Shown: positions 1-13,612, counted from the stretch's first letter. The stretch is DNA of 64,000 nt from Octopus sinensis (GCF_006345805.1 NW_021830458.1:1754-65753), one strand, 5' to 3'. The notes: a model not told the origin generated them from the sequence alone. Translations and numbers: made by a program.

Positions 1-91
1 GACACTTGCCCAAGGTGCCACGCAGTGGGACTGAACCCGGAACCATGTGGTTGGTAAGCAAGCTACTAACCACACAGCCATTCCTACGCCT
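1..91 (-). mobile_element. SINE family A, 5' tRNA-like head (cut by window edge)
   Basis: Reverse complement reads GGCGTAGGAATGGCTGTGTGGTTAGTAGCTTGCTTACCAACCACATGGTTCCGGGTTCAGTCCC, with A-box- and B-box-like motifs; same head as the full copies at 6358 and 8732. Confidence 0.85.
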
Positions 92-147
92 TAGTGCAAG
101 TTTTGGAGATCGCAGTTCAATTTTAACCGTTATTTTTCAAAGCTATA

Positions 148-848
148 ATGGAAGTGATAAAAGAACATATTTAGCATATATTGTTTTATGAGCAACAACG
201 TAACGTAAAGTGCAGTATATGGGGAACGGACAATAAACGTAAGCCAGTATCAACGGTGGTTCCAGAAATTTCGAGTCGGAAACTACAGCTTAGAAGACGA
301 GCCTCGTCCTGTAGAGCTCGAAGAGGACGTCCTGCAAACCTTGGTGGGACAAAATCCCATCGTAACTGTTGAGGAGCTGGCAGAAAAGCTTGGATTTGGT
401 CATTCAACCATTCATCGACATCAGTACCAGAAGGAAAACGACCATCTTTGGTTTCAAGACGAAAGGTGTTCTTGCATCAGGATAATGCTCGGCCACGTAC
501 AGCGAGGATGCATTCCAAAAGCTGGAGCAGTTTGAATGGGAATCGATGCCCCACCCACCATATTCGCCAAACATTGCCCCATTTGATTATCATTTATTCC
601 GCAGTCTTCAAAATCATTTGGACGAAAAAAAAAATGAATTCTGTAGACGAGGTCAGAACAGTACAGGAGGAGTACTTTTCGTCACGGACAAGTGAATTTT
701 GCAAGTGGGGCCTTGTAAGTCTACCAGATAGATGGAAGAGCATTGTAGAAAATGAAGGAGAGTATATTTTAGATTAAAAAAAGAACTTTATCTTAATTTT
801 GAAAACTAAAAGAATAAAAAACCGCATTATTTATGGAATGACCTAATA
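148..848 (+). mobile_element. Mariner (Mos1-like) transposase relic with internal deletion and 3' TIR
   Basis: ATG at 148 gives MEVIKEHI*HILFYE; then LEDEPRP..EDVLQTLVGQNPIVTVEELAEKLGFGHSTIHRH (HTH region), LHQDNARP, PHPPYSPNIAPFDYHLFRSLQNHL, LPDRWKSIVENEGEYILD* (stop at 777). TIR-like AAAACCGCATTATTTATGGAATGACCTAA+TA ends at 848. Contains stops and frameshifts. Confidence 0.9.
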
Positions 849-1404
849 CAAACTATATTTAGTAAAATTTTATACACACACACATTTATTGTATACAGTT
901 CAATATACCACAGCTGTTCCTACACCTCGACTGAGTGCGTAGGTATAAATTATATTATAGAATAGAAATTCATGAGGGTTAAGGGTTACCAACTGAACGG
1001 AGTACAACAAAAATCATGCTACATAGTAGGCAGAGACAAAACAACACTAACTTTCACTTTCACTTACCTCTATATATATAAACATCGAACTTTCTCTAGT
1101 TTAGAGGTAGTGTAATGCATCCATGTAATGCTTTTTTGTTTTTTTCCTCTCTTCCTATGTATCTCTGTCTCTATGCATTTATATATATATCTTTGCTAGT
1201 CTGTCTGCTTTACTGCATTTCTTTCTCTCTGTCTCACTCTAGATGAACATTTATGTTCACATTGCGCGCGCATATGCTCATATTGTATTTATTCTTCATC
1301 CACTAAGTTGCTTTCTGTCTTTCGTTTCCTCAATCACACTTCATTTGTGTCAATTAGAGTCTCTATGTGCATATCCGAATGTTTGCGTTTGAATGTGAAT
1401 AGGT

Positions 1405-1434
1405 GCATACATACATACATACATACATAATACA

Positions 1435-1467
<33 letters not shown>

Positions 1468-1619
1468 GTGTGTGGACGTACTTAAGCACATATACAAAAA
1501 GTGACAAATACCAACATATATATCTAGGGCTACGTGTATATATATAATATATTATATATATATACAATACATACATACATACATGCATACATACATACAT
1601 ACATACATACATGCATACT

Positions 1620-1676
<57 letters not shown>

Positions 1677-1840
1677 TAGATAGACAGATGCACACACACA
1701 CAATCATATATCATATACCGACACATAGTTTGTATGTATGTATGAATGGATATATATGTATGTATGCATATGTATATTATATATATATATATAATAGTAT
1801 ATATATATTATATCTATATATATGGTGTGTGTGTGTGTTG
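1405..1840. repeat. Compound (TACA)n/(TA)n/(TG)n microsatellite
   Basis: Directly visible tandem units. Confidence 0.95.
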
Positions 1841-2699
1841 TATACGTATATTTTGTGTATGTTTCTTCGTGTATATGTGTCAATATGATTGTGTGTGAAA
1901 GTACAGAGACATACTCTAACCTCAACCTTTAATCTCTTTCTGTTCATTCTATCCGAAATTTTAATCCATCCGTAACTAGTCTAATAAGTGTTAATGGCTG
2001 TTAGAAAAACAAAAACAAAAAAAAAAAAAAAGAAAATAAACAAAGGAAAAGAAAAGAAAAAGAAAAGAACCAAAACAAAACAAAACTAAAAATAACAAAA
2101 AAAAAACTAAACTAAACGTAAAAGGAAAAAAAAAACATACAATGCTAAAACAAGAATAGAAATAAATAAATAAATAAATGACAACGGAAAGAGAAACAAA
2201 AACGAAAACAAGAAAATAAGAAAAAAATGGCGAAGGAAAATAAAACTCTTAAAGAAAACGCAAGAGACCCAAATAGAAGGAAAAATGGACAAAAGAAAGC
2301 AGGAAAGAATTGTGGAAAGGTGCAGAGTAGATAGCAAACCGACCAGCGATTGTCATGTATTATGTATTATTCGGTTTTATGGCATCGGCGACGTTAACTA
2401 TAACAACAGGAAGTTGACCACAGAGTTATTTCGCTTTGTTTATAGAAAGCTATTATTCTAATTACCAATGAAATTCCGGAAGCTTCGGCTTGACGCCGAG
2501 AGAGCCATTTTCAAAAGCCAACTACTAATTTGTAAATTACTGACACGTTATTGTTGGTTAATTAAAGTGAATCGATTTGAATAATGAATAATGGTTAAAA
2601 CCCACTCCCACCGTTTCTGCTACTTTATATTTCTTGCTGTGCAATGAATCGTGTGTGTTGGGCGGTTTTGTAAGACGTAGCGTTTGTTTAGTTGTTCTG

Positions 2700-2759
2700 T
2701 ACACACAAACACACACACACACACACACGCACAAACGCATACACACGCATGTTCACACA

Positions 2760-2800
<41 letters not shown>

Positions 2801-3140
2801 ATACGCATGCACTCTCACACGCATACGCTCTCATACGCACGCGCTCTCACACACACGCGTGTACATACGCATGCGCACACACACACACGAGCACACACAC
2901 GTGCACACACACACACGTGCAAACACACACGTGCACACACACGTGCACACACACACACGGTCACACGCACACACACACACACACACACACACGCACAAGC
3001 ATACAAACGCATAAACACACACAAATATAAACGAGTATATACACACACCTATAGATATAGAGAGTTGTTCTGTACATACACACGCCAGACATATACACGT
3101 GCACATACACACATACACATATACGCACATATGCATACAC
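2700..3140. repeat. Degenerate (CA)n/(CACG)n microsatellite
   Basis: Directly visible; source of the HTHT/VCVC pseudo-ORFs. Confidence 0.95.
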
Positions 3141-3639
3141 ACACACCTATAAGCAGAAAGAACTGTTTCGTTGTTGCTTGTGTTTCTGCGTGTAAGTTCG
3201 TGCGTGCATTTCTGTGTATTTAGCTGCGCGTAAATATACACACACATACATGCAAATTTACCAACGCCTGTGTGCATAAAATGTGTGCACGCATGAAGAA
3301 CTAAACGTATATGTATGCATATCTATATATACAAAGATGTGAATATATATGTATCTGTGCATGTAATAATATTCTATAACAAAATATGTAATAATAATAA
3401 TATCAATAATCCATGGATGGGATTTATAAATATTTAAATGCATCGCTACGCGCGTTTCCACAATTCACATGTTTCTTACGATCATAGTCCGTATTCCGGA
3501 GATGATTACAGTCCGTTGTATTCATGGACATGTGGTGGATCATAGTTCATCCATTCATTTCTTCGGGTGATGCAGCGGACATAATAAAATAAGAGATTTT
3601 ATGTGCCTGCTCAGAAGCGTTTCCCCTAAACAAACATAA

Positions 3640-3960
3640 AGAATGTTTGTATGTATGTGTATATGTATGTATGTATTGTATGAATGTATGTATGTATGTA
3701 TGTATGTATGTATGTATGTATGTATGTATGTATGTATGCATGTATGTATGTATGTATGTGTGTACGTGTGTTTCCATGCATATATGCATGTATGTATACG
3801 TGTATGTATGTATGCATGCATGTATGTATGTATGCATGTATGTGTACATGCATACATGTATGTATGTATATATACATGTATGTATATATGTATGCATGCA
3901 TGTCTGTATGTGTGTATACATGCATGTATGTATGTGTGTTTGTGTTTGTGTGTGTGCGTG
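3640..3960. repeat. (TATG)n microsatellite
   Basis: Directly visible. Confidence 0.95.
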
Positions 3961-4280
3961 TATAAACATACACAGGAATACGACCTCGTCGGATTTTGAA
4001 CTCAGAACATAATTACCTCCCCTGTCCCGAATAATAATAATCACCAGTTACCTCCCGTTAGATTTTTCTACTTGTTGATTCATTCACAAACTTCCATACA
4101 AGACCATAGACTAAAATACGAAATTCTGATAATTTCAATGTCATGATTAGCGAAAGCGAAACCAGTCGACAAACACAATACTCTTTCACTTATAAAATAT
4201 ATTTTAAAATATACTAAAACTATGTAAACTGTGCATTTTCCTTCTGGGGATAATCGAAATTCTCTTTTTCTGTTACTACT

Positions 4281-4284
<4 letters not shown>

Positions 4285-4353
<69 letters not shown>

Positions 4354-4355
4354 AT

Positions 4356-4394
<39 letters not shown>

Positions 4395-4400
4395 GTATAT
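4285..4400. repeat. (TA)n microsatellite (internal tract of the adjacent SINE A)
   Basis: Directly visible; abuts the SINE A 5' half at the position where family A carries its internal microsatellite. Confidence 0.9.
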
Positions 4401-4412
4401 ACAACAATGCCA

Positions 4413-4575
4413 TACAGTTTCCGTTTACCAAATTCCCTCTTAAGGCATTGTTCGGCTCAGGGCTATAGTAGAAGATACTTACCCAAGGTGCTGCACAGTG
4501 GCACCCTAGGAAAGTGTCCCGAAATAACATGGTTGCAAAGCAGGCGTCTTACCAACATGACAGTACCTGCTACGA
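4413..4575 (-). mobile_element. SINE family A, diverged 5' half
   Basis: CAGTTTCCGTTTACCAAATT..GGCTATAGTAGAAGATACTTACCCAAGGTGC matches the family A consensus. Confidence 0.75.
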
Positions 4576-5199
4576 AGAAAATTGCTTCACAAATTTGTGT
4601 CTTTGAACGGGCAGTTTACCTTGTTGCATGTACATTTGAATTTCTAGGTGTATCATTTTATCATATAAGAATGATGTTTACCAACATTCATTGCACCACT
4701 GTAGATGGCTTTGGCAATATTTTTTCTTCACTGAACAGCTAATGGTATTTACGACTTAAAATTTTCCTGATTAACGCTAAGAAAATCGAAGCTACTTTTG
4801 CTCTTACGTTTTGCTGAACAAGTTGAACGCAGTGTGAATTACATTTATATTGAATGGCTTGATTATCGAGAGAAGAATGCTCTATATAAGCCGAGCAAAA
4901 CACTGTCAAATTTGCTCAGCTGGAAAATATAACTTAATGCAGCGTTCTGATATACTACAGCAAAAACCTAAACTTGGATATCACAACGAAATGCTGTCAA
5001 GAAAGCGGACTCGGAAGCAGTTAAATTTAGCAGTGAAATGAATATCCACCAATCCATTATAAGAATACAATATATACTTATATTGTACCTATGCTTTTAA
5101 TCATTTGTATTGGCTAAAACTTTTGATTGAAGAGTAAGATATGCCTACACCACCAACGGTACGGTGGATTAGAACGTTAAGGTTATCGCAATGCATTGT

Positions 5200-5234
5200 G
5201 TGCGTATACATACATACATACATACATACATACA

Positions 5235-5268
<34 letters not shown>

Positions 5269-5400
5269 CATACATACACACACACATATATATACATATA
5301 TATGAATATATGTATATGTATGTATATATATATGTATATATATGTATATATATACATATATATATATGCATATATATATATTATATATATATATAGGTGA
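5200..5400. repeat. (TACA)n/(TA)n microsatellite
   Basis: Directly visible. Confidence 0.95.
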
Positions 5401-5929
5401 GAGAGTTGGTATGTGAAAGCACGTGTTTGGATGTATTGAGAAATTTGAAAAGAAAATACGAAACCGGTTATTTCTCCAAAAACTATGTTACTATACACAA
5501 AATTTTATAACATTTTTCTCACATAACGACTTAAATATATTCTTTAACCATATAACACAAGCCGTCTGTAGTTTTCCACTCTTTTATTATTATATATATA
5601 TGTATATATATATGTATATATATATATATGTATGTTTGTATGTATGTACGGTTGAATGGATGGATGGGTGTAGAATTAACAGCAAAATTAAAAGAAAAAA
5701 TATGATATACCAGTTTCCTTATTCTTTGGAATTGCTTTGCATTTACACTTTGTAAATATTCATAATCCAGTGAAACGAAGCCAGGATTTACCCTTCAGTG
5801 GGATGGCTCGCCCTGAGTAACCCTAGGTGCTTCTTACTGGTCGATGTGGTTAGCCCGAACCTGGACTGTACTCGAGTGCTTGTACAGTACACGCTTGGAA
5901 AATTTATCCCTATATACTCATTATATACA

Positions 5930-5999
<70 letters not shown>

Positions 6000-6357
6000 A
6001 TCGTTACTAATTGTAGCGGGCTGTATTATATTCGAACGTTGTGTATACTTAAGACAATAGAACGGTTATCAATTTTACAATGTTTCTGCTGCATACCGAG
6101 GCAGTCGCTTCACCCGAGATTTGATTATGAATAGGTTGACTAAACTGATAAGAATTAAAGTCTCTGTTGCAAAATAGCACTTCATCGGCAACAGGACGCA
6201 GTTTTCCCGACCTAGTACTATACTCGTTAGATCCACGAAACTGTGAATTATCTTTTCTAAGAATGTCTAACATAAATCACCAAAGGGTTTTATCTTCTTT
6301 CTAGGCCACGGAAAATTGCGAGTTAATATTTCCCTGGCTGTGTGGTAAGTAGCTATA

Positions 6358-6519
6358 GGCGCAGGAGACGCTGTGTGGTAAGTAGTTTGTTTACCAACCA
6401 CATGGTTCTGGGTTCAGTCTCACTGCATGGCACCTTGGGTAAGTGTCTTCTAATATAGCCTCGGGCCGACCAAAGCCTTGTGAGTGGATTTGGTAGACGG
6501 AAACTGAAAGAAGCCCGTC

Positions 6520-6562
<43 letters not shown>

Positions 6563-6782
6563 GTGTGTGTGCGTGTATATGTTTGTGTGTCTGGGTTTGT
6601 CCCCCAACATCGCTTGACAACCGATGCTGGTGTGTTTACGTCCCCGTAACTTAGCGGTTCGGCAAAAGAGACCGATAAAATAAGTACTCGGCTTACAAAG
6701 AATAAGTCCTGGGATCTATTTGCTCGACTAGAGGCGGTGCTCCAGCATGGCCTCAGTCAAATGATTGAAACAAGTAAAAGAT
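6358..6782 (+). mobile_element. SINE family A, full length, internal (TA)n(TG)n; extra 19-bp head fragment at 6335-6353
   Basis: Head with A/B boxes, GCACCTTGGG(T/C)AAGTGTC body, microsatellite after GAAGCCCGTCG, tail GCGGTGCTCCAGCATGG..CAAGTAAAAG. Confidence 0.9.
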
Positions 6783-6963
6783 TAGTATACTCCTTTGTGT
6801 TGGGTTCAAATATTACCGACGGCAACTTAGTTTTTCACCCGACACAAACTAATGAAATAAAAACATTAGTTCTTGCCAGTAATTCCTGAGTGAATAGATA
6901 TAACATCTAAGGCATTCCGTTCGTATCAATCCTGTGATTTTTTCAGCTATTATGTACCTCAAA

Positions 6964-7370
6964 GAAGGTGGCGAGCTGGTAGAATCGTTTGCACGCCGGG
7001 TGATATGCTTAGCGGTATTTCGTCTGCCGTTACGTTCTGACTTCAAATTCCGCCGAGGTCGACTTTACCTTTCATCCTTCCGGGGTCGATAAGTTAAGTA
7101 CCAGTTACGCACTGGGGTCAATGTAATCGACTTAATCCGTTTGTCTGTCCTTGTTTGTCCTCTCTGTGTTTAGCCCCTTGTGGGTAGTAAAGAAATAAGT
7201 ATTTCGTCTGCCGTTACGTTCTGAGTTCAAATTCCGCCGAGGTCGACTTTGCCTTTCATCCTTTCGGGGTCGATAAAACAAAATACCTATTGAGCACTGG
7301 AGTCGATGTAGTCGACTATCCTCCCCCATCAAACTTTCAGACCAGGTGCCTACAGTTCAAAGGATTATGT
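6964..7370 (+). mobile_element. SINE family B, two body units in tandem (LINE-type tail unit, then old-tail unit)
   Basis: Head AAGGTGGCGAGCTGG; B-box-like GAGTTCAAATTCC; body GAGGTCGACTTTGCCTTTCATCC..GGGGTCGATAA; unit junction AAAGAAATA|AGTATTTCGTCTG near 7199. Confidence 0.9.
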
Positions 7371-8269
7371 ACTGCAGGTTATTTATCCAACGTTTTTTTC
7401 ATTAGCACAGAAGTATGCAATTTGATGAAAACTTAGCTGCTATTTCTAACGTGTTAACGGACCATACAGAGGTTCTCTCTTCGGTTTGTAATACAATTAG
7501 CTGTAAAACTGGAGTCAATTCGACCGTCGGTGTTTCTATCGCTGCCAAATTGTCTTTTGCACCCGGTGAAAATTAAGAAAAACTGTTTTTCAATTCGTAT
7601 CTCATCTTCATTTAATAAGGAATAATGACTGTCAAGAATTATGAATTTAATAATAGATAATGAAGAATGAATTTAATAATCTACATTTGGTTCATATGGT
7701 TGACAACCTTTCTCATATACTAACTTCTATAAATATACAACCAGAAACAACTCAATCAAGTCATATGACCTCAGCGCGACCTAACTGTTGTGAGGAAAAT
7801 AAGCGAACAAAGAATTGCCTGGAGGGAATTAACAGTTATTATTGTTAGAGAATATAGCACAAGTTAATCCAAACACACGGACTTCAGCGATGTGACAAAG
7901 TTAATAGTAATAATAATAGGAAAAGATTGCGTTCATTTAATATAATTTATAGTCTATTTACAATAAACTAAGTCTTCAAGTCAACTTATACTGAGTTTGG
8001 TAATTGCATTTATTTGTTTTTGAGACTCTCAATGGTCAATTGGTTCTTCTGTAAGAATATTAGTAAGTGAAATATAACAGTGTAAGAAATATGACGAGTT
8101 GTCACGAAGACCGGGATAATTTCGACAAGTAGTATTGCGAAAATCGAAAGTAACCGTAGGCAATGAAAAGAACAGCTAACCTTATACAACAACAATAACA
8201 ACAACATCATCATCATCCTCCTCCTCCTCCTCCTCATCATCATCATCATCATCAACAACAACTACAAAA

Positions 8270-8463
8270 ATAATCCTTTCTACTTTTGGCACAAGGCTTG
8301 ATTACATCGACCCGAGTGCTCGACTGGTATTTATTTCATCGACCTCCGAAAGGATGAACGGCAATGTAGACCTCGGCAGAATTTGAACTCAGAACGTGAA
8401 GACGAATAAAATGACACTACGTGTTTTGTTCGGAATGGTAACGATTTTGCCAGCTCGCTGTCA
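8270..8463 (-). mobile_element. SINE family B, old diverged copy
   Basis: GACCTCGGCAGAATTTGAACTCAGAACG..GCCAGCTCGC. Confidence 0.75.
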
Positions 8464-8731
8464 TTAAGAGAATCGAACTCTGTACCCCACAAATTCCGGC
8501 TGAGTGCTTTGTACCATTGAGCTAAAAGACACTTGACATTGTATATTAAGGTACTAGAAATTTAGAATACAAATAAATACAGGTAAAATACAATAAATAA
8601 ATAAATAAGTAAATAAATAGATATGTATGTGTGTGTGTGTGTGTGTGTGTGGTTCTATCCACAGCAGATAGAACCAGGGCACCCCATAACCCTAACCACG
8701 TTCTACTCCTTGCTCTGGAAATTAACAATAA

Positions 8732-8895
8732 GCGTAGGAGTGGCTGTGTGGTAAGTAGCTTGCTTACCAACCACATGGTTCCGGGTTCGGTCTCACTGCG
8801 CGGCACTTTGGGCAAGTGTCTTCTACTATAGCCTCGGGCTGACCAAAGCCTTGTGAGTGGATTGGTAGACGGAAACTGAAAGAAGCCCGTCGTAT

Positions 8896-8977
<82 letters not shown>

Positions 8978-9090
8978 TTGTGTGTCTGTGTTTGTCCCCC
9001 CCAACGTTGCTTGACAACCGACAAAAGGCGGTGCTCCAGCATGGCCACAGTCAAATGACTGAAACAAGTAAAAGAGAGTAAAGAGTAAAG
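8732..9090 (+). mobile_element. SINE family A with internal microsatellite and a 3'-half deletion
   Basis: Intact head; GACAACCGA joins directly to CAAAAGGCGGTGCTCC, skipping roughly 115 bp present in other copies. Confidence 0.9.
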
Positions 9091-9334
9091 AATAATTGAA
9101 AAAGTACCCCTGAGTATTTTTGAAGTTAAACGAGTTTCCAGTTCCCCCATGCGTTTACCCTAGCCCTAACTCTTACAGTATCGCTAAACCCAGCCCTCAA
9201 ACTCTAATCACACCCTCCTGGTAGTTTCACTCTACAACTGCTAGTATACTTTACATCAATACTTTATTCAAATTTGTAAAACTGAGTGGCATATCCTTTT
9301 CAATCTACATTTTATTTTCTCCTTCTTTCAGATC

Positions 9335-9600
9335 GTCCAAAATCTTCATTTTCTTGTATGCAATTCAAAAAACCGTAAATCTTACGTATTTCCAACAGGA
9401 CATGGGACCGTCCATCTTGGTTTTACATGCCTTTGTTTTGCGCTCGTTTATTCTCCTCGACAGTTTTCTTTCTCATCATTGCAACCATCAACAATTTGTC
9501 ACCATTCTTCATTCACTAAATCTCCCCTATCTTTGCATTACAATGGGTGCTGCTGTCTACAACCAGTACATGGAGTCCATGGTACCAGACTAAGAACAGG
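9335..9600 (-). mobile_element. Possible very old LINE apurinic-endonuclease remnant
   Basis: Minus-strand frames give CNAKIG and NGDKLL in the order expected for APE motifs (FNAKIG ... NG..LL); heavily disrupted. Confidence 0.25.
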
Positions 9601-11299
9601 GATGTATCAAAACAGTTCCACCTGTTTTCGTACCTATATCCAGTTTTGAGATCAGAACACACGTTCGTACCCTCTGTTCTGAGATCGTCTTCATGTTTAT
9701 CAATTTACACTAAGAAAAAAGAAACCCACAACAATAAGCAAACCAGCAGAGGCGACTGTAAGACATCTGAATGCATAACACCCACTAATAATACTAAAGA
9801 TTTCTACTATAGACACAAGACTACATATTTGATGGCTAGCATAATGATTAGATCGACCATAGTGAATTACAGGTACTTTATGTTTAACGATTTCGAAAGG
9901 GTAAAAGGAAGAGTCGGCTCTAGCAAAATTTATTCTCAGAAGATGAAGTAATGTAAGGATATAGTGCAAAGTTGGTTATATTGATAATTCTTTCTTAGGC
10001 TGCGCTTGTTCTTGATATCTAACATTGGCATCCGGCTATAGATTATTTGGCGGACGAGACACTCGAGTGTATCAAATTTGATACTTTACAGGTGCTATTT
10101 TATCGACTTAAGAAGGATGAAAGGCGAAAGTAGAACTCAGTGCCCTGCGATTTATAACATTTGAAAAAGGCAAGAAATGTTTTGAGGGAGGACACAGCCA
10201 ATTAAATCTTCTGTAGTAAGTGACTCGTGCTTACGTTATCGAACCCAGAATGATAAAAGGTAACGGCGACCCCGAAGGAATTACTGAACAAACACAAATG
10301 TTTTTTTTTTCCTTCAGATAGAAGAAATGTGTGAAGAAATGACTAGAAATACTTGTGACTGTATCTACAAAGGATTACACGGGGAACGAAATATACATTT
10401 TTCAATGTTCTTCAGATGTCGGATATGATAAGTATGTGTGTGTCTTTCATAGAAGGTGGGGAAGGTCATCGCCATAAATTAAGGGGAACAACTGTAATAT
10501 AAATCACTGCGCCACCTGCCGATGTCTCCTTGTAATTATCCTGAATGTTCAATCAGAGAATTCTATTGATATACAGAGCTGTTTCAATAAATAGTATATA
10601 AAGGAAAAACAAAAATAAATGGGAGAAAAATTAAGAAATGATATAAAAAAAATTATTCCACAATATTGAATAAAATTACGTTTTGGTATGAGCTAAGAAA
10701 AAAACACGAAAAAAGAAAGGCAAGTAATTTTGGTAAATATTCCAAAGAACTGTATCGATGTCATTCGGAGTAGTTATATATTTATGGAAATAAGTCTAAC
10801 GAATCCGAGAAATATTTCTTTTGGTACCATATTAATAGAATACATTTGTATATTAATCTAAGTGTAGATATAGACAGAAAAAAATCAGGAAAAAATGTCT
10901 GCTTTTGCCTAAACAACAACAAAAATAATAACAAAAGACGCCACTTTAAAAAAAAAGGTAAAATAAAACAAAACAAAAAAACCCAGACTGGTGTTATACG
11001 GGTTACATCTGTTGCTCTCTTAATATTTCTACCTTGCTTTATTAATTTTCTTATTGGTGTTTTAGCCAATCTGTCAATGGCAGCACAGTTGTGTATTGAA
11101 CTAAATTCAGTACATTACAGGTGTATAAATAGTTTTCAACGCCGAATTTACCATAGAAAAAACCAAAATTCCATTCGACAAAGATTTTTTTTGTCTTTAT
11201 TGATGGACCTGGAGGAAGGGCAAGTGTTCATGCTTTGACCAGTGAGACTGTTGTCATTAATGTTCCTCTCAAACTTTTATAAAACTTTAAAAATCATGA

Positions 11300-11545
11300 G
11301 ATTGGTGGGAATTCCAGAGAGCTGACGTTCGTGGAAGAAAGGACTGGGTGTAGTGGTTGGCGTAGGACATGGTGGGGTTGGACATATCAAGAGTGATGAG
11401 TGGAGGGTAAATATGTGGGATAGGAATGCTTGATGGGGCAAGGCCATCCAGCCATTATAGTAGCAACAGAAAAAGGCAGAGAGAGGAGAAGCGCCTCTGT
11501 TGGCCAGAGGCTGGAATGTGTCTGTGAATGAGTTTATACCTCCAA
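11300..11545 (-). mobile_element. CR1/L2-group LINE 3' fragment
   Basis: Minus strand encodes ..CCYYNG.. and HYTQSFLPRTSALWNS, matching the CR1/L2 ORF2 C-terminal motif SFFPRT..LWN.LP. Confidence 0.65.
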
Positions 11546-11638
11546 AATGTAAAGAGACTTCATTACCTAGAACACGATGCTCAAGACCGTAATCGGCCGT
11601 TTTTGCAACCCCAACACCCTTACATCCATAACTCTATT

Positions 11639-12017
11639 GGCGGGCGAGTTGGCTGAAACGTTAGCATGCCGGGCGAAATGCTTAGCGGTATTTTGTCTGC
11701 CACTACGTTCTGAGTTCAAATTCCGCCGAGGTCGACTTTGCCTTTCATACTTTCGGGGTCGATAAACTAAGTACCAGTTACGCACTGGGGTCGATATAAT
11801 CGACTTAATCCGTTTGTCTGTCTGTCCTTATTTGTCCTCTCTGTGTTTAGCCGCTTGTTGGTAGTAAAGAAATAGGTATTTCGTCTGTCTTAACGTTCTG
11901 AGCCCAAATTCCGCCAAGGTCGACTTTGCCTTTCATCCGTTCGGGGTCGATAAACTAAGTACCAGTTACGCACTGGGGTCTCTGTGTTTAACACCTTGTG
12001 GGTAGTAAAGAAATAGG
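11639..12017 (+). mobile_element. SINE family B, tandem units
   Basis: Head GGCGGGCGAGTTGGC; two AAAGAAATAGGT tail ends (near 11875 and 12015). Confidence 0.9.
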
Positions 12018-12384
12018 TTTTAGTACTTTTGTTTAGTGCTAGTGGATCATTTGACGGTCAGGAGGTGATCAGAATAAAACCAAAATAGCATACCCGGGTT
12101 GACTTTTGTAGCTAACAAAAAGGAAAAAAAGGAAAAAGAAGATAACATTAGTCTTTGAATATTAATTTTTCTTCTATGCGTATTTATTTCTAATTCTATT
12201 TTCATTGTACATGTATCAAGTAAATCGATACTAACTCAACAGTTGACTTTCAGGCAGTTGGTGCCTCTATTCTTTAAAAAATTTTTAACCACTTATATTT
12301 TTCAACCCCAGTAATCATGCAGTTTTGTACATTTAGTAAACGGTTCTCTTATTAGTACTTCTTTGTGCATGGCGAAAAATTCGC

Positions 12385-13612
12385 TTCACCAATGAGGTTA
12401 GAATAATATAAAAACGTTACCAAAGTTGTCTCTCATACTTCACTAATCTAATTTTTATCTTCACCGCATATTTAATTTAATTTAATGTTTTTCTTTTTGT
12501 ATTCTTTCTATAACCATTAGGTTACTTAAATATACAGTCTACCGAATCGATCCCGTATATGCTTGGCTGTTATTCACTTCTTAGTAATAAAATTACAAAA
12601 CTACCTCAGCAATATTTGAACTTACAGTTAGATTTAAGAGCGATTTGGCTTCTATTTCTAGCAGATCAAACGATGGTGTAGCAGCTCCAACGCTGGGAAA
12701 TTTATAGAGAATCTGATTTACACCTAGATTAGCACCGATGTGGACTTGTGTATGTGTGTGTGAGTGTATGTGTGTGCATGTGCTTGCATGTATGTGAGTG
12801 TCAGTCTAGGCCAGAGGCAATTCGAGCTATTATGATGACCATTCTGCAGCGAAAATAAAATATCGGGAGACCGACACTCCTTGAACGGGATGCCGGTCCA
12901 TCACGAGATTAATCCCAGCTACCGCTGGTACTTCTTTTCAGCTGAGTAAACTAGAACGACATGAAATGAAATTCCTTGTCCAAGGAAACAATGCCCATCC
13001 CGAACGAATAGCCTTAAAAGCGTGTGCCCAACGCCTTAACAACTAGGCTATCGGTACTATATATTTAATAAAATAACATGCGATTAGAACTCAGAATACA
13101 ATATGACCTAACTAGATAACGAACAGTACTTTGCCCACTTCGTGTAAGCTTCAGTGATGAAGTCAGAATAATACCGAAACATTCCCAGAGTTGTCTGTCA
13201 TACTTGAATTACTCATCCACTAATGTAGTTTTGCTCTTCACCGCATATTCATTTTTCCCAAAGTGTAATGATTGTATTGCTTTCTTTCATAGGCCCAAGG
13301 TCTTCCATTGGGTATATTTAGTTAGTGATTCCTTTGTAAATACTTCGGCTGGGAAGCTGAAAGCTGTCCTTCACTGATGAAGTCAATTATATCGAAACAC
13401 GGCGAGTTGTTTTTCATAATTTCTGTGTAAAATAATGATAATTCATTCATTAATTTAATTTCTTCTTTCATCGTAAATTTGACGCTGTGAAGGAAGGAAC
13501 ATAGCAATCCAGTACCTGACATGGTGTTTAATAAGTACTTCGACCGGAAAGACGAAAGCTGACTTTCACTGATGATGCCAGAGTAATATCGAAACATGTC
13601 GACCTGTTTTCA
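12385..13612 (+). repeat. Four degenerate copies of an ~80-bp motif with a hammerhead-like core
   Basis: Shared TTCA(C/G)TGATGA..GAATAATA..GAAAC..GAGTTGT..TCATA at about 12385, 13150, 13370 and 13565. Confidence 0.6.
12865..13052 (-). mobile_element. Old CORE-like SINE fragment
   Basis: GCTGGTACTTCTTTTCAGCTGAGTAAACTAG..CCTTGTCCAAGGAAACAA resembles the bodies of families C and E. Confidence 0.5.

Noticed and set aside
9332-9649. 105-codon open frame after a strong acceptor (TTTCAG at 9331)
   Set aside because: The pyrimidine-rich strand is stop-poor in two frames, the peptide is unrecognisable, and the opposite strand shows weak LINE endonuclease motifs.
10318-10431. Possible exon with poly-T acceptor and GTATGT donor
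   Set aside because: All three frames contain stops and it adjoins decayed SINE sequence.
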